Assembly: GCA_020184695.1 (NCBI GenBank)
Contig: JAANOX010000142.1
Location: 186,001 to 250,000 of the forward strand
Direction: 5' to 3'
Source: Histomonas meleagridis 2922-C6/04-290x
Taxonomy: Eukaryota > Protista > Parabasalia
DNA length: 64,000 nucleotides
The notes under the pieces were generated by a model, which did no database searches, had not been told where the DNA came from, and saw nothing but the letters and a program-made list of their open reading frames with translations. Below, piece by piece: positions 12,119-20,945 of the stretch; the first letter of the stretch is position 1; the number at the start of each line of letters is the position of its first letter. Made by a program: the position numbers and the translations under genes.

Positions 12119-13426
12119 ATGATTGCTCTGATATTTTACTATCTAATAGTACCAACATTTGGAAAATTTGATAATCAAACAAAAACACTTACAATAGAAA
12201 CCATGGAGGATTTTAAAAATGCATCTACCTACAAAAAAGAAACATTAACTTTGATTATCGGTGATAATATTACTTCAACTCCATCCGATGCATTTAGAGG
12301 GTGGGGTAATCTAGCAACTGTTCAAATTGGAAATTCATTATCTCATATTGGTAATGATACATTTTTTAGTTGCACAAATTTGTCATATGTTACCTTTGGC
12401 CCAAATGTTACTATAGTTGGTGAAAGCGCATTTTTTAACTGCACTAAATTATCAAAAGTTATTTTCAATGAAAAATTGATTAAAATTTATAATTTTTCAT
12501 TTATGCAATGTTCATCACTTAGAAGAATTAAATTCCCTCAATCACTGACAATTATTGGAAATAGTTCGTTTTTTGAATGCCACAACTTATCGGAAGTAAT
12601 TTTTAACGAAAAACTGACCAGTATTGGCATGGGAGCATTTTTATCTTGTTCACTTGTGCAAATTAAATTACCAAATTCACTCACTGCAATTGGAAGTTAT
12701 GCATTTTGTCGTTGTTCTGATTTATCAGATGTCACCTTTGGAAATAACATAACTACAATTGAGACTGATGCATTCAGCTTTTGCAAATCTCTTAAAAAGA
12801 TCGAAATTCCAAATTCAATAACTATTCTCAATGAAGAAGTTTTTGCATTTTGTTATAATCTATCAGTTGTTATTATAGGTGAAAATCTGGTTTCAATTGA
12901 TCATCATGCATTCTATGAATGTAAATCTCTAACTTGTGTTTATTATAAAGGTCACTCAGAACCTAAAATTGATGAAGAAGCATTTGATGAAACTCCTCTC
13001 AAATATGTAATGACATTAGATTCTTATAATTCAACAAAATTCGGTAAATTCAATGTATCAATTGGATCCACAATCGAAAAATGTGGTCCATGGCCAACAC
13101 GCACAATCCCTGAATCGATCACATTTACACATTCGAATACAATTACACATTCGATCACATTTACACATTCGAATACAATTACACATTCGATCACATTTAC
13201 ACATTCGAATACAATTACACATTCGATCACATTTACACATTCGAATACAATTACAAATGCAAATACATCTTCACCATCAACATATACAAATTCTATAATA
13301 TATTCTATTTCATTCACGAATTCAAATATTACATCAAATTCTTTTCCATCAGAAGCTACTTCAAAAACTGTCCAGCTTGCTTTTGGCGTAAGTATTTTTT
13401 CATTATTATTTTTAATTTTATTCTAA
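12119..13426 (+). CDS. BspA: BspA-like leucine-rich-repeat (LRR_5) surface protein, 435 aa
   Basis: Signal peptide; about 10 TpLRR units (IPNSITILNEEVFAFCYNL); CVYYKGHSEP cap; Thr/Ser stalk; hydrophobic C-terminus. Confidence 0.92.
   Translation: MIALIFYYLIVPTFGKFDNQTKTLTIETMEDFKNASTYKKETLTLIIGDNITSTPSDAFRGWGNLATVQIGNSLSHIGNDTFFSCTNLSYVTFGPNVTIVGESAFFNCTKLSKVIFNEKLIKIYNFSFMQCSSLRRIKFPQSLTIIGNSSFFECHNLSEVIFNEKLTSIGMGAFLSCSLVQIKLPNSLTAIGSYAFCRCSDLSDVTFGNNITTIETDAFSFCKSLKKIEIPNSITILNEEVFAFCYNLSVVIIGENLVSIDHHAFYECKSLTCVYYKGHSEPKIDEEAFDETPLKYVMTLDSYNSTKFGKFNVSIGSTIEKCGPWPTRTIPESITFTHSNTITHSITFTHSNTITHSITFTHSNTITHSITFTHSNTITNANTSSPSTYTNSIIYSISFTNSNITSNSFPSEATSKTVQLAFGVSIFSLLFLILF
13115..13258 (+). 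repeat. 4 x 36-nt coding tandem repeat (SITFTHSNTITH)
   Basis: Near-identical units TCGATCACATTTACACATTCGAATACAATTACACAT. Confidence 0.95.
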
Positions 13427-14058
13427 TAAACATTTCTGTGTAACCTTTTCAAAATCATATCATTACTTCAATAAATAATTTTAATGATTTCAACTTTTCG
13501 ATGAGTAAATAACATCAATTCTCTTTGTGATTTTTTGCTTAAAATTTATTGTTAATGGATAAAAAATCATCTTTTTTTACTTCTATTAATATAATAATAA
13601 TATTTTGCCCATTTTAAGATGTTCATGGTTTAATATGGTGGTATACATAATAAGATATCTTATTCAACTTTAAAAAAATTCATTATTATCCATTTTAACT
13701 AAATTTTTTGGTTAAAGAGTTTTTTAATTAAAATGAGAGAATCAAAACAGGAAAGGCAAGCATGCAATGGTTACGATCATCTTGATTGAATCATTAGCTC
13801 CTTTGATGGGAGAAATTTTGTGAATGATTATTGTCTATTCATAACAAATACGACAACATATTTTATTTTGGCTTTGGTTCAGTTTCAGCACCAGTGTTAA
13901 ATCTCTGATGAAAAAAGCCGATAACCACAAAAAGTTTTATTCAAACAGTTTTCGAATACACGTTAATGAATAAACCTTTCTGAAAAAGATATCTTTTAGT
14001 CACCGTTTCTCAAAAAGTTATTCTTTTTTGATATAAATAATAGTTTTACATTCACTTC

Positions 14059-14085
14059 ACTGACCTATCGTTTTTGGAAACACTG
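14059..14085 (-). repeat. Right terminal inverted repeat
   Basis: 27/27 reverse complement of the left TIR, followed by TA (14086-14087). Confidence 0.92.
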
Positions 14086-14200
14086 TATTTTACACATTCG
14101 AATTAAGAGTGAATTCCCCAAAATGTCAAACATAGCCTCCCACACTAACAGTTAATAAACTTCGTTTATGTTTAGGAGAGGAATTTGAACAGGTAGACCT

Positions 14201-14455
14201 ATGTTTCATATTCAAGTTAAATATATTATGTATGAAAATGAGAAATATGAACTAGATTCCAAAAGAAGGTTAATAAACTTTAATCAAAATCAATCTTTAA
14301 ATATTTCCAATTTACAAAACATTGGTGTGTTCCAACAAATCAAAGATTTATCCAAAGAAGAAGAAATAAACAAAAAAACAAATGATGCGATAGGAATTGA
14401 AAGGATGTTTATCATATCAAATTATTCGCAGAAATTATTATATGAGATGATTTAA
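14201..14455 (+). CDS. Small hypothetical protein (84 aa)
   Basis: ATG ORF with plausible composition; no family recognised. Confidence 0.4.
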   Translation: MFHIQVKYIMYENEKYELDSKRRLINFNQNQSLNISNLQNIGVFQQIKDLSKEEEINKKTNDAIGIERMFIISNYSQKLLYEMI

Positions 14456-14699
14456 AAAGTTTATGTGTTCAATAGTTTACACTGGGTACCCTCAAGAAAA
14501 ACCGATAAAACTTTTTGAGGATACACTGGAGCAAAAAGTGACTTCTTCATGGCCTGGCAATTGAGGAACAAAAAGTTTTGTGATTGTTCATAAGAACGAA
14601 TTTGTTCTTCTACATCCTCCGTGACACATCACCGCTTAATTACATAATTGATCGGTTAACAAAACGGGTATATATTTTAGTTTTTTAAATTCATTTTTT

Positions 14700-15629
14700 T
14701 TATTTACAAAATTGCAAAGACCATCCAAATGAAACAGGCCATGAGCTTACGTTCAAGGGTGCCTCTGATCTTAGTGTGACTGTTAACCAATCTCTTGGTT
14801 TAAATTTAGAGAATAGTTCGATATCTCCATTTTGATTAATTTTGGCTCTTAAATCTGTTTCTGTTGAAATTTTAACTCCTGCTTCCAAATCTATTTTTTT
14901 CTTTTTTATGTTTGCATTTCCGACAAATGCAAAACTTAATTTTTGTGAATAAAGAGATAATCCGCCGAATGCAATTGTTCCTTTAAAAGGACTTATTAGA
15001 ACATATGTTGCGGATCTCGAGTTGTTCCATTCTTTTAAGTAACCTATTTCCGCATTTAGAACACGTGGAATTGAGGAATTGCATTTGATGTAAAGCATTA
15101 AACTGTTTTCATCATAAAATGAAATAGAAATAAAATTATGGTCACTGCTAACAACTTTTAAGCATAGGTTATATCTGAGTGCAGATATTGAAAGTAATGT
15201 TGCTAGTGATGAATCTTTTTGGAGAGAAAAACCTAAAAAATAATCTTTAATTGTTTGATTATTATAGGAAATTGAAGCACCATATTTTCCTTTAGAAAAA
15301 TATCGCTTTTGTTGGGAATTAACAATGTATTGTGGTGATAATCCAAAACATTTGATATGGAATTTATTTCCAAAAAATGATTGATCAAAGAAACCAAAAA
15401 ATGTTCGTTGTGTGCTTGCTTCTATAATTGTTTTTGTGTTGAAGAAACTTAAAGAGTTCTTTAAAGATAAAGAAATTTTTGAATTTGATAATCGATTTAA
15501 AGAAGCCTTAAAAAAACCATTTTTGTGTGGGTGAAAGAAAGAAATTTCGTCCTTATATTCACGGATCATAAGATCATTGATTGTAGATGAAATTTGAAAG
15601 ATATTTGTAAATGTTTGGAAGTGCTTCAT
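14700..15629 (-). CDS. Eukaryotic porin/Tom40-like beta-barrel protein (probably hydrogenosomal outer membrane)
   Basis: Alternating beta-strand pattern; C-terminal LRAKINQNGDIELFSKF...VSFGWSLQF resembles the Porin_3 beta-signal. ATG at 15629 has GACCGTTA 14 nt upstream. Confidence 0.6.
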   Translation of the reverse strand: MKHFQTFTNIFQISSTINDLMIREYKDEISFFHPHKNGFFKASLNRLSNSKISLSLKNSLSFFNTKTIIEASTQRTFFGFFDQSFFGNKFHIKCFGLSPQYIVNSQQKRYFSKGKYGASISYNNQTIKDYFLGFSLQKDSSLATLLSISALRYNLCLKVVSSDHNFISISFYDENSLMLYIKCNSSIPRVLNAEIGYLKEWNNSRSATYVLISPFKGTIAFGGLSLYSQKLSFAFVGNANIKKKKIDLEAGVKISTETDLRAKINQNGDIELFSKFKPRDWLTVTLRSEAPLNVSSWPVSFGWSLQFCK

Positions 15630-15680
15630 TTGGCTGTATCGTTTAACGGTCGAAAAGCAAAGAACGATAAACAAAAACGT

Positions 15681-16223
15681 TTATTTAGAGTTTGCTTCTT
15701 GGCTTAATCTTGTCGATATTTTAAACAATGCTTCTTCTATGATTGTTAGATATGTTGACTGTTCCCTCCACTTTTCAAGAACAAGTGCTTCATCAATAAG
15801 TATGTTATATGTTTCAACAAACTTATCTGAATGTGTGAGCTTATAATATAAACCTTTTTCTAAAAGAATTCCTTCCGCAATTTGTTTCTTTTTTTCTTCG
15901 GTAAGGTTTTGATCAAATAACAATGGAAGTGAATCTGAAAGATTTTCCTCAACATAATTCTTTAATAATCTAATGTCCTCGGTACTAATATGAGATGATT
16001 CAAAAGGCATGAAATTTTTTGGCAATTCTTCGCTTTTTGGTTGATATTGTTGGAAAGTGGATTGCAATTGTTTCAAATCACAATTAAAATAATCTGCTGC
16101 TAAATGCCAATTCCAGTCCATATATGATAGTACATTTATAACCTCATCTTTTGTGTGTCCAAGGAATGTTTCTGTCATTTGGGCAATTGACAATGTTTGT
16201 TCGATTTTTTTTTTCTTTAACAA
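15681..16223 (-). CDS. Hypothetical protein with N-terminal UBA-like domain
   Basis: EVINVLSYMDWNWHLAADYF resembles UBA-like/TAP-C. The ORF starts at TTG; the first in-frame ATG is codon 16. Confidence 0.55.
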   Translation of the reverse strand: MLKKKKIEQTLSIAQMTETFLGHTKDEVINVLSYMDWNWHLAADYFNCDLKQLQSTFQQYQPKSEELPKNFMPFESSHISTEDIRLLKNYVEENLSDSLPLLFDQNLTEEKKKQIAEGILLEKGLYYKLTHSDKFVETYNILIDEALVLEKWREQSTYLTIIEEALFKISTRLSQEANSK

Positions 16224-16324
16224 AACATTAATTAAATTCTATCACAGAAAACTATTGTTGTAAATTTATAAAAACCTTTATTTTTTACATTCTACAATGA
16301 ATTTAGAGTTAATCACATTATGTT

Positions 16325-17587
16325 TTATTTAAAACTCTTTATTATATCTTGAATTGCTTGATAAGTACAAGCAATTGTTATAACAATTGAAAAGCATGAT
16401 GTAAAATAAGCAATAATTATTTTATATTTTTTTGTTTTTATTCCAGACTTGATATAAAACAGAGCTGGAAAAAGATATATTATCAAAGGTGTAAATAAAC
16501 CTCCTACAACATTAAAGAACATAATTATATTATCAGATGCAGATGAAAGCGCAGCAGCCAACAAACATATCCCGAAGCCAATACTTATCCATCTAATTGT
16601 TGACATCGGTTTCCCATTCCAGAACAAAGAATCAAAAGAATTACGTGCTCCCCATACTATTAAAGGAGTTGATATTTCCAAAACAATGATAACTCCACCC
16701 ATTGTTAAATAAGTAAACCATTTGGAGCTTTTATTATAAAACTCTAGAGATGATCCTTCACCTATTGAATCGAATAAATTTAAATAACTAAATAAACCAA
16801 ATAAACTATAAAGTAAAAATGCTAAAATGATTGTTATACCACATAAAAGATAAGAGCGTTTAAATGTACAATCTGTAAGATGATTTAAACAAGAGAAAAG
16901 ATTTATATGGCAATTATAAGCAAACGAATTAACACTAAAAGCAGTAAAAATAATATCATATCTTTCATAATTAAAGAATTTTAATTCATTGTTTGGATCA
17001 AATCCATAATCAACAGCATCTTTTATAAACCAAAACAGAGCATGAATTATTAATATTAAGATAAAGAAGGTTGAAACCCATGTGAATTTTTCAAGTGCAG
17101 ATATTTCTTTAAAAATTGTTAATGGAAATGCAATCAATAATGTTGAAATAAAGATCCAGAAAATGTTTGAATTTAAAACAATGATTTTAAATCTAAATAT
17201 TTGATTTAAGAATCTACCATTCCAATGTGAATAAATCATTGTTGTACCAAATTGTACTAAAAAAATCATTGTATTAAGTATCCATTTATTCTTCCTCCCA
17301 AAATGATATATAAATAAATCAGAATATTCATATTTTTTAGCTAAAAATGATGAATCAATTAAAAGAATAATTGTTGAAAATGATAATAAACCAAAAATAA
17401 TAGAAATTAAAGTCGCAATGAAAATACCGGATTTATAACAATATGGAATTAATAGTGTCCCTGAACCAATGGCTGTATTTAAAAGAATTAACGTTGAACC
17501 AAATAATGATGTATCCCCAGGAGTTTCATGATCGTAAATAAATTCATTTTGATCAATGTTTATTGTAGGGCAAACTGAATCTGCCAT
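16325..17587 (-). CDS. Amino-acid transporter (AAAP/SLC38-like, Aa_trans)
   Basis: About 11 TM segments; LLNTAIGSGTLLIPY; SFAYNCHINL; LFGLFSYL; VGGLFTPLIIYLFPALFY. Confidence 0.9.
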   Translation of the reverse strand: MADSVCPTINIDQNEFIYDHETPGDTSLFGSTLILLNTAIGSGTLLIPYCYKSGIFIATLISIIFGLLSFSTIILLIDSSFLAKKYEYSDLFIYHFGRKNKWILNTMIFLVQFGTTMIYSHWNGRFLNQIFRFKIIVLNSNIFWIFISTLLIAFPLTIFKEISALEKFTWVSTFFILILIIHALFWFIKDAVDYGFDPNNELKFFNYERYDIIFTAFSVNSFAYNCHINLFSCLNHLTDCTFKRSYLLCGITIILAFLLYSLFGLFSYLNLFDSIGEGSSLEFYNKSSKWFTYLTMGGVIIVLEISTPLIVWGARNSFDSLFWNGKPMSTIRWISIGFGICLLAAALSSASDNIIMFFNVVGGLFTPLIIYLFPALFYIKSGIKTKKYKIIIAYFTSCFSIVITIACTYQAIQDIIKSFK

Positions 17588-17868
17588 AAAACAATATAAA
17601 AATGATCAATGGATAAAATTGTGGATGTGTTATTCAAATTTTTTTGTATGTTAAGAAAATTAAACACTTTAAAACTATAAAAATCAAAAATTTCAATTGT
17701 TTTTTTGAGTAATCCCATTCAATTTAAGAAGAGGTGATTAAACAATATGTCCAAAAGAAGGCTCTTTTAATCCGATTGCATTTTGAATGTTCAATATTTT
17801 ATTTCTTTAAATAAATTATGAATTGCTTTTGCAAGGAAAACATTTTTCTGAGAGATAAAAGTATGGGT

Positions 17869-17917
17869 GACCGTTATCGAAATGACCGTTTAATTCATAC
17901 AAAATTTGTTAACGGTC
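17869..17917. promoter_or_regulatory. Cluster of three M3/Myb-like motifs in a divergent promoter
   Basis: GACCGTTA 17869, GACCGTTT 17884, TAACGGTC 17910 (the last fused to TCA). Confidence 0.6.
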
Positions 17918-17942
17918 ATAAATCTTGTTCCTCCAAAAAAGG

Positions 17943-19193
17943 ATGGAATATACTGACAGAAGAACACCACCCTCAAGAAATTCGTTGAAGTCTTTTTTGT
18001 TTGGGTGCCTAAATATTTTGGGTAACTCTCAAGATTATGCCCAAAATGTTGAAGCTTTACATAATTTATTTACTTTTCTTCAAAAAAATGGTCCATCTAT
18101 TCTAGATAAAAATTATTTGAAATTTTACACACGCGCTTTTGAAAAGATCATTTCTTTTTTTAACAATACAGCCGACCCAGAAAATCAAATAATTGCAATG
18201 AAAATCATTGCTTCTGTTTCAAAGATTGAAGATCTTCCCGAGTACTGGGAAAATCCTTTACAACAAAAGTCATTTGTTAAAAGATCCTTATTTGATAATT
18301 TGATGCAAGAATCATCACTCAACATTTTGTTTCAATCACTTTCATTTAGCGATGAAACTATTGTAAACGATTCATATTCGATTCTTGAGCTCTTATGTAG
18401 AGGCTCTAGGCAACGCACGGCGCTAATCTATCAATTGAATATTATTAATTATTTTCCTCAAACGCCAAACTGTAATTTTGGTAACATCCTCTTTGACATC
18501 ATTTCTCTTCTTCAAATCGAAATTACAATGCCTATTCGTCAGCTTATTCACTCGATGCTTTTATCCACAAATTGTAATCATATACAAAGTGCACTTAAAA
18601 TATACAACTTAGCATTTTCACGAAAGATAGTTCCACTCATCGAAGATGTTTCATCTCAATATGAGCCGATTTCCCGAATTTTGCTTTCGAAAATTCCATC
18701 AATTGTCGTCGCGGCACTTTTCCTCGTAAACAAATTTTCAATACTTTCAGATGATGTTCTCTTTGCAGTTGCCATTTCCATCAATACACCAGGAATTAAA
18801 GCTCCGACCAAAGCAATATCAATTCTAAGGAAGTTCTTTGGTCGACTAGTTGAGCTTAGAAACCCAATAATTTTGTCTTCTCTAATTAATTCTTTGCAAT
18901 TTTCACAGTTCAAACTGAAATTGAAAGTTTTGAAGTTCTTAGACATGTACGCACAGTTTGCTGACTTCAATGATAATAGTTACATTGATACATTAATGGG
19001 ATTTCTTGATGATAGTCAATTGTCATTTTATGCGCTCAAAATTTTATGTGTTGCATTTGGTCAATATGAGTCCAGAGGAAGAGTGTGCGATTTTTATTCG
19101 GTCGCAAAACAGTTTGAGGAATCTATCATCCAAATACTTATTGGAGATAACGAAGTGAACTCACAACTTGCGCAAATAATTGAGCCTCCTTAG
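17943..19193 (+). CDS. ARM/HEAT-repeat protein
   Basis: Helical repeat protein. The first ATG is 17943 (the track start 17925 is TTG). Confidence 0.7.
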   Translation: MEYTDRRTPPSRNSLKSFLFGCLNILGNSQDYAQNVEALHNLFTFLQKNGPSILDKNYLKFYTRAFEKIISFFNNTADPENQIIAMKIIASVSKIEDLPEYWENPLQQKSFVKRSLFDNLMQESSLNILFQSLSFSDETIVNDSYSILELLCRGSRQRTALIYQLNIINYFPQTPNCNFGNILFDIISLLQIEITMPIRQLIHSMLLSTNCNHIQSALKIYNLAFSRKIVPLIEDVSSQYEPISRILLSKIPSIVVAALFLVNKFSILSDDVLFAVAISINTPGIKAPTKAISILRKFFGRLVELRNPIILSSLINSLQFSQFKLKLKVLKFLDMYAQFADFNDNSYIDTLMGFLDDSQLSFYALKILCVAFGQYESRGRVCDFYSVAKQFEESIIQILIGDNEVNSQLAQIIEPP

Positions 19194-19686
19194 GCACTTT
19201 TTGTTGGAATATCGCTTTAGTTTCATATGTAATTTTTCGCCTAGAAATAAAAATAAACGAAATTAAATTTTGTTGCATTTTTTAAAGGAAACGCTGTATC
19301 CATGTAATTTTTTCGAAAAAAGAAACTTTAGACCTAAACTATTATGAAGTTGCATCTCAAAAGTAATTTAGGTTGTTCAATTTGTCCTTTGATTAAAATG
19401 TGTTTTCACACACACGGTCTTGAACTGCTTTTGCTTTAAGCAGTATTAAAAGTCCTGCAGCACCAAAAACAGAAGTAACACCAAAAAATTCGAAAAAGGT
19501 TAATTCTGGAGATCACTTTTCGACGATATTTAAATACTTTACATCAAAAAGATTTTTCAATCCTAATTTTCGTGTATAACCAAAAGCCTAAAGCCAATGT
19601 GATTGCAGTGAAATATTGATTTTTTTTAACAGTTTAAAAAAATAACACTAAGAGAGTCTTTAATATGATAATAAATCTTTATGTAA

Positions 19687-20373
19687 TTACAATGGGAAAA
19701 ATCCGTGTGCTGAAAGTTCTGAATGCATTTTGTCTGACTGAGGCATGTTTATAATGAGAGGTTGTAAATCTTCAGGGGCTTTTTTTTCTCGGAGAAGTAT
19801 GAATGTCAAAAATACAACTACTATCACAAATAGAACAGCGACGAATTGGTAGACAACAAAACTATAATTGTTGATGTCTGTATATTCAAAATCAATTCCT
19901 GGTAAATTCCAATTGTTAGGATCTCCTGAGACACGAAGTTCAATTTTTCCGCAATTCCCAGCTGGTGCAATACACATTATAGTTTTCAAATTGAGAATTT
20001 TTCCAGCAACTATTGAATCTCCAAATCTACAAAAAACAACAGTTGTATTAATATTATCGTGAAGTGAGATATTAACAGGAAAGCAGCCTTTTACATTTCC
20101 TGCTGAAGGATTTGAAGAAAAAGGTAAAGGAAATGAAGGGTTGCATAATGTAACACCATCACCTATAAAGCCTGGCTTACAAGAACACTTATCCATAGAT
20201 GTACAAATTCCGTTTGGGTGACACTTTGTTTTGCATGAAAAGCAGCCAATTTCTGTGTCAGGATCACCATACGGAAAAGCTTCTAAACAAACACACTCTC
20301 CACTGGTGCTTCTGATTGTATTGTTCCCCAAACAATCTTGTTGCAGAGAGAGGCAAAAGATAAAAAGGAACAA
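19687..20373 (-). CDS. Type I membrane protein with EGF-like and IPT/TIG domains
   Basis: Signal-like LFLFIFCLSL; CHPNGICTSMDKCSCKPGFIGDGVTLC; CRFGD...CIAP; one TM helix. Begins with TTG, with no upstream in-frame ATG. Confidence 0.8.
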   Translation of the reverse strand: MFLFIFCLSLQQDCLGNNTIRSTSGECVCLEAFPYGDPDTEIGCFSCKTKCHPNGICTSMDKCSCKPGFIGDGVTLCNPSFPLPFSSNPSAGNVKGCFPVNISLHDNINTTVVFCRFGDSIVAGKILNLKTIMCIAPAGNCGKIELRVSGDPNNWNLPGIDFEYTDINNYSFVVYQFVAVLFVIVVVFLTFILLREKKAPEDLQPLIINMPQSDKMHSELSAHGFFPL

Positions 20374-20945
20374 GTTTCAATTCTGGAATTGGGGTGCTTC
20401 GAAAAATGACCGTTAACGTCAAATGCCTAAAGGCTTAGTTTATTTTGGAATGAAATTTATTTTGGAATTTTAAAATCTGTCTGAAGTTAATTTTTATCAA
20501 CATAAGTTGGATGTGTTTTTTGAGTTAAGTATTTGATATAATTTACGTGTATTAATTTTTTGTTTAAAAGATCATCTAAAATATAATTTTTATAATAGAA
20601 GAATGCATCACATGTTGATTGAATCCATTGACAACTAGAGGATATATGGATGGGTAATGATACATAAATCCTAATTGATTGAATCAGAATTATGCACATT
20701 TGACTAAATTTGAACCCCGGTTTTTTTATGTTGATCATTTTGCTGTTAAAAAGTTATATATCATTCATAAATTTAAAGGAAAGTGACTAAATTCAAAGAA
20801 AGTGTAAATTTGAAAAAATTATCATACCAAGATCCATTTAATTTAGTTTAAATATATTTATATGTCTTAGTTGAAGTATATTTGATACAGTATAAATAAT
20901 TCCAAATTTAAAATGAATCCTATGAGAAGGAAAGTTGAAATTTAG

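Larger units (their letters stand above)
10059..14085 (+). mobile_element. Tc1/mariner-superfamily element with 27-bp perfect TIRs and TA flanks, enclosing a BspA gene
   Basis: TA|CAGTGTTTCCAAAAACGATAGGTCAGT at 10059-10085 and its exact reverse complement ACTGACCTATCGTTTTTGGAAACACTG|TA at 14059-14085. A DD34E transposase starts 27 bp inside the left TIR. Confidence 0.9.

Noticed and set aside
13024-13317. Repeat-containing ORFs 13024..13317, 13053..13298 and 13058..13240
   Set aside because: Alternative-frame readings of the BspA stalk repeat.
13823-13910. Box C/D snoRNA inside the Tc1 element
   Set aside because: The C box is imperfect, there is no terminal stem and no recognisable guide.
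14460-14630. Minus-strand protein-like fragment (VTEDVEEQIRSYEQ...)
   Set aside because: No start codon and no recognisable family.
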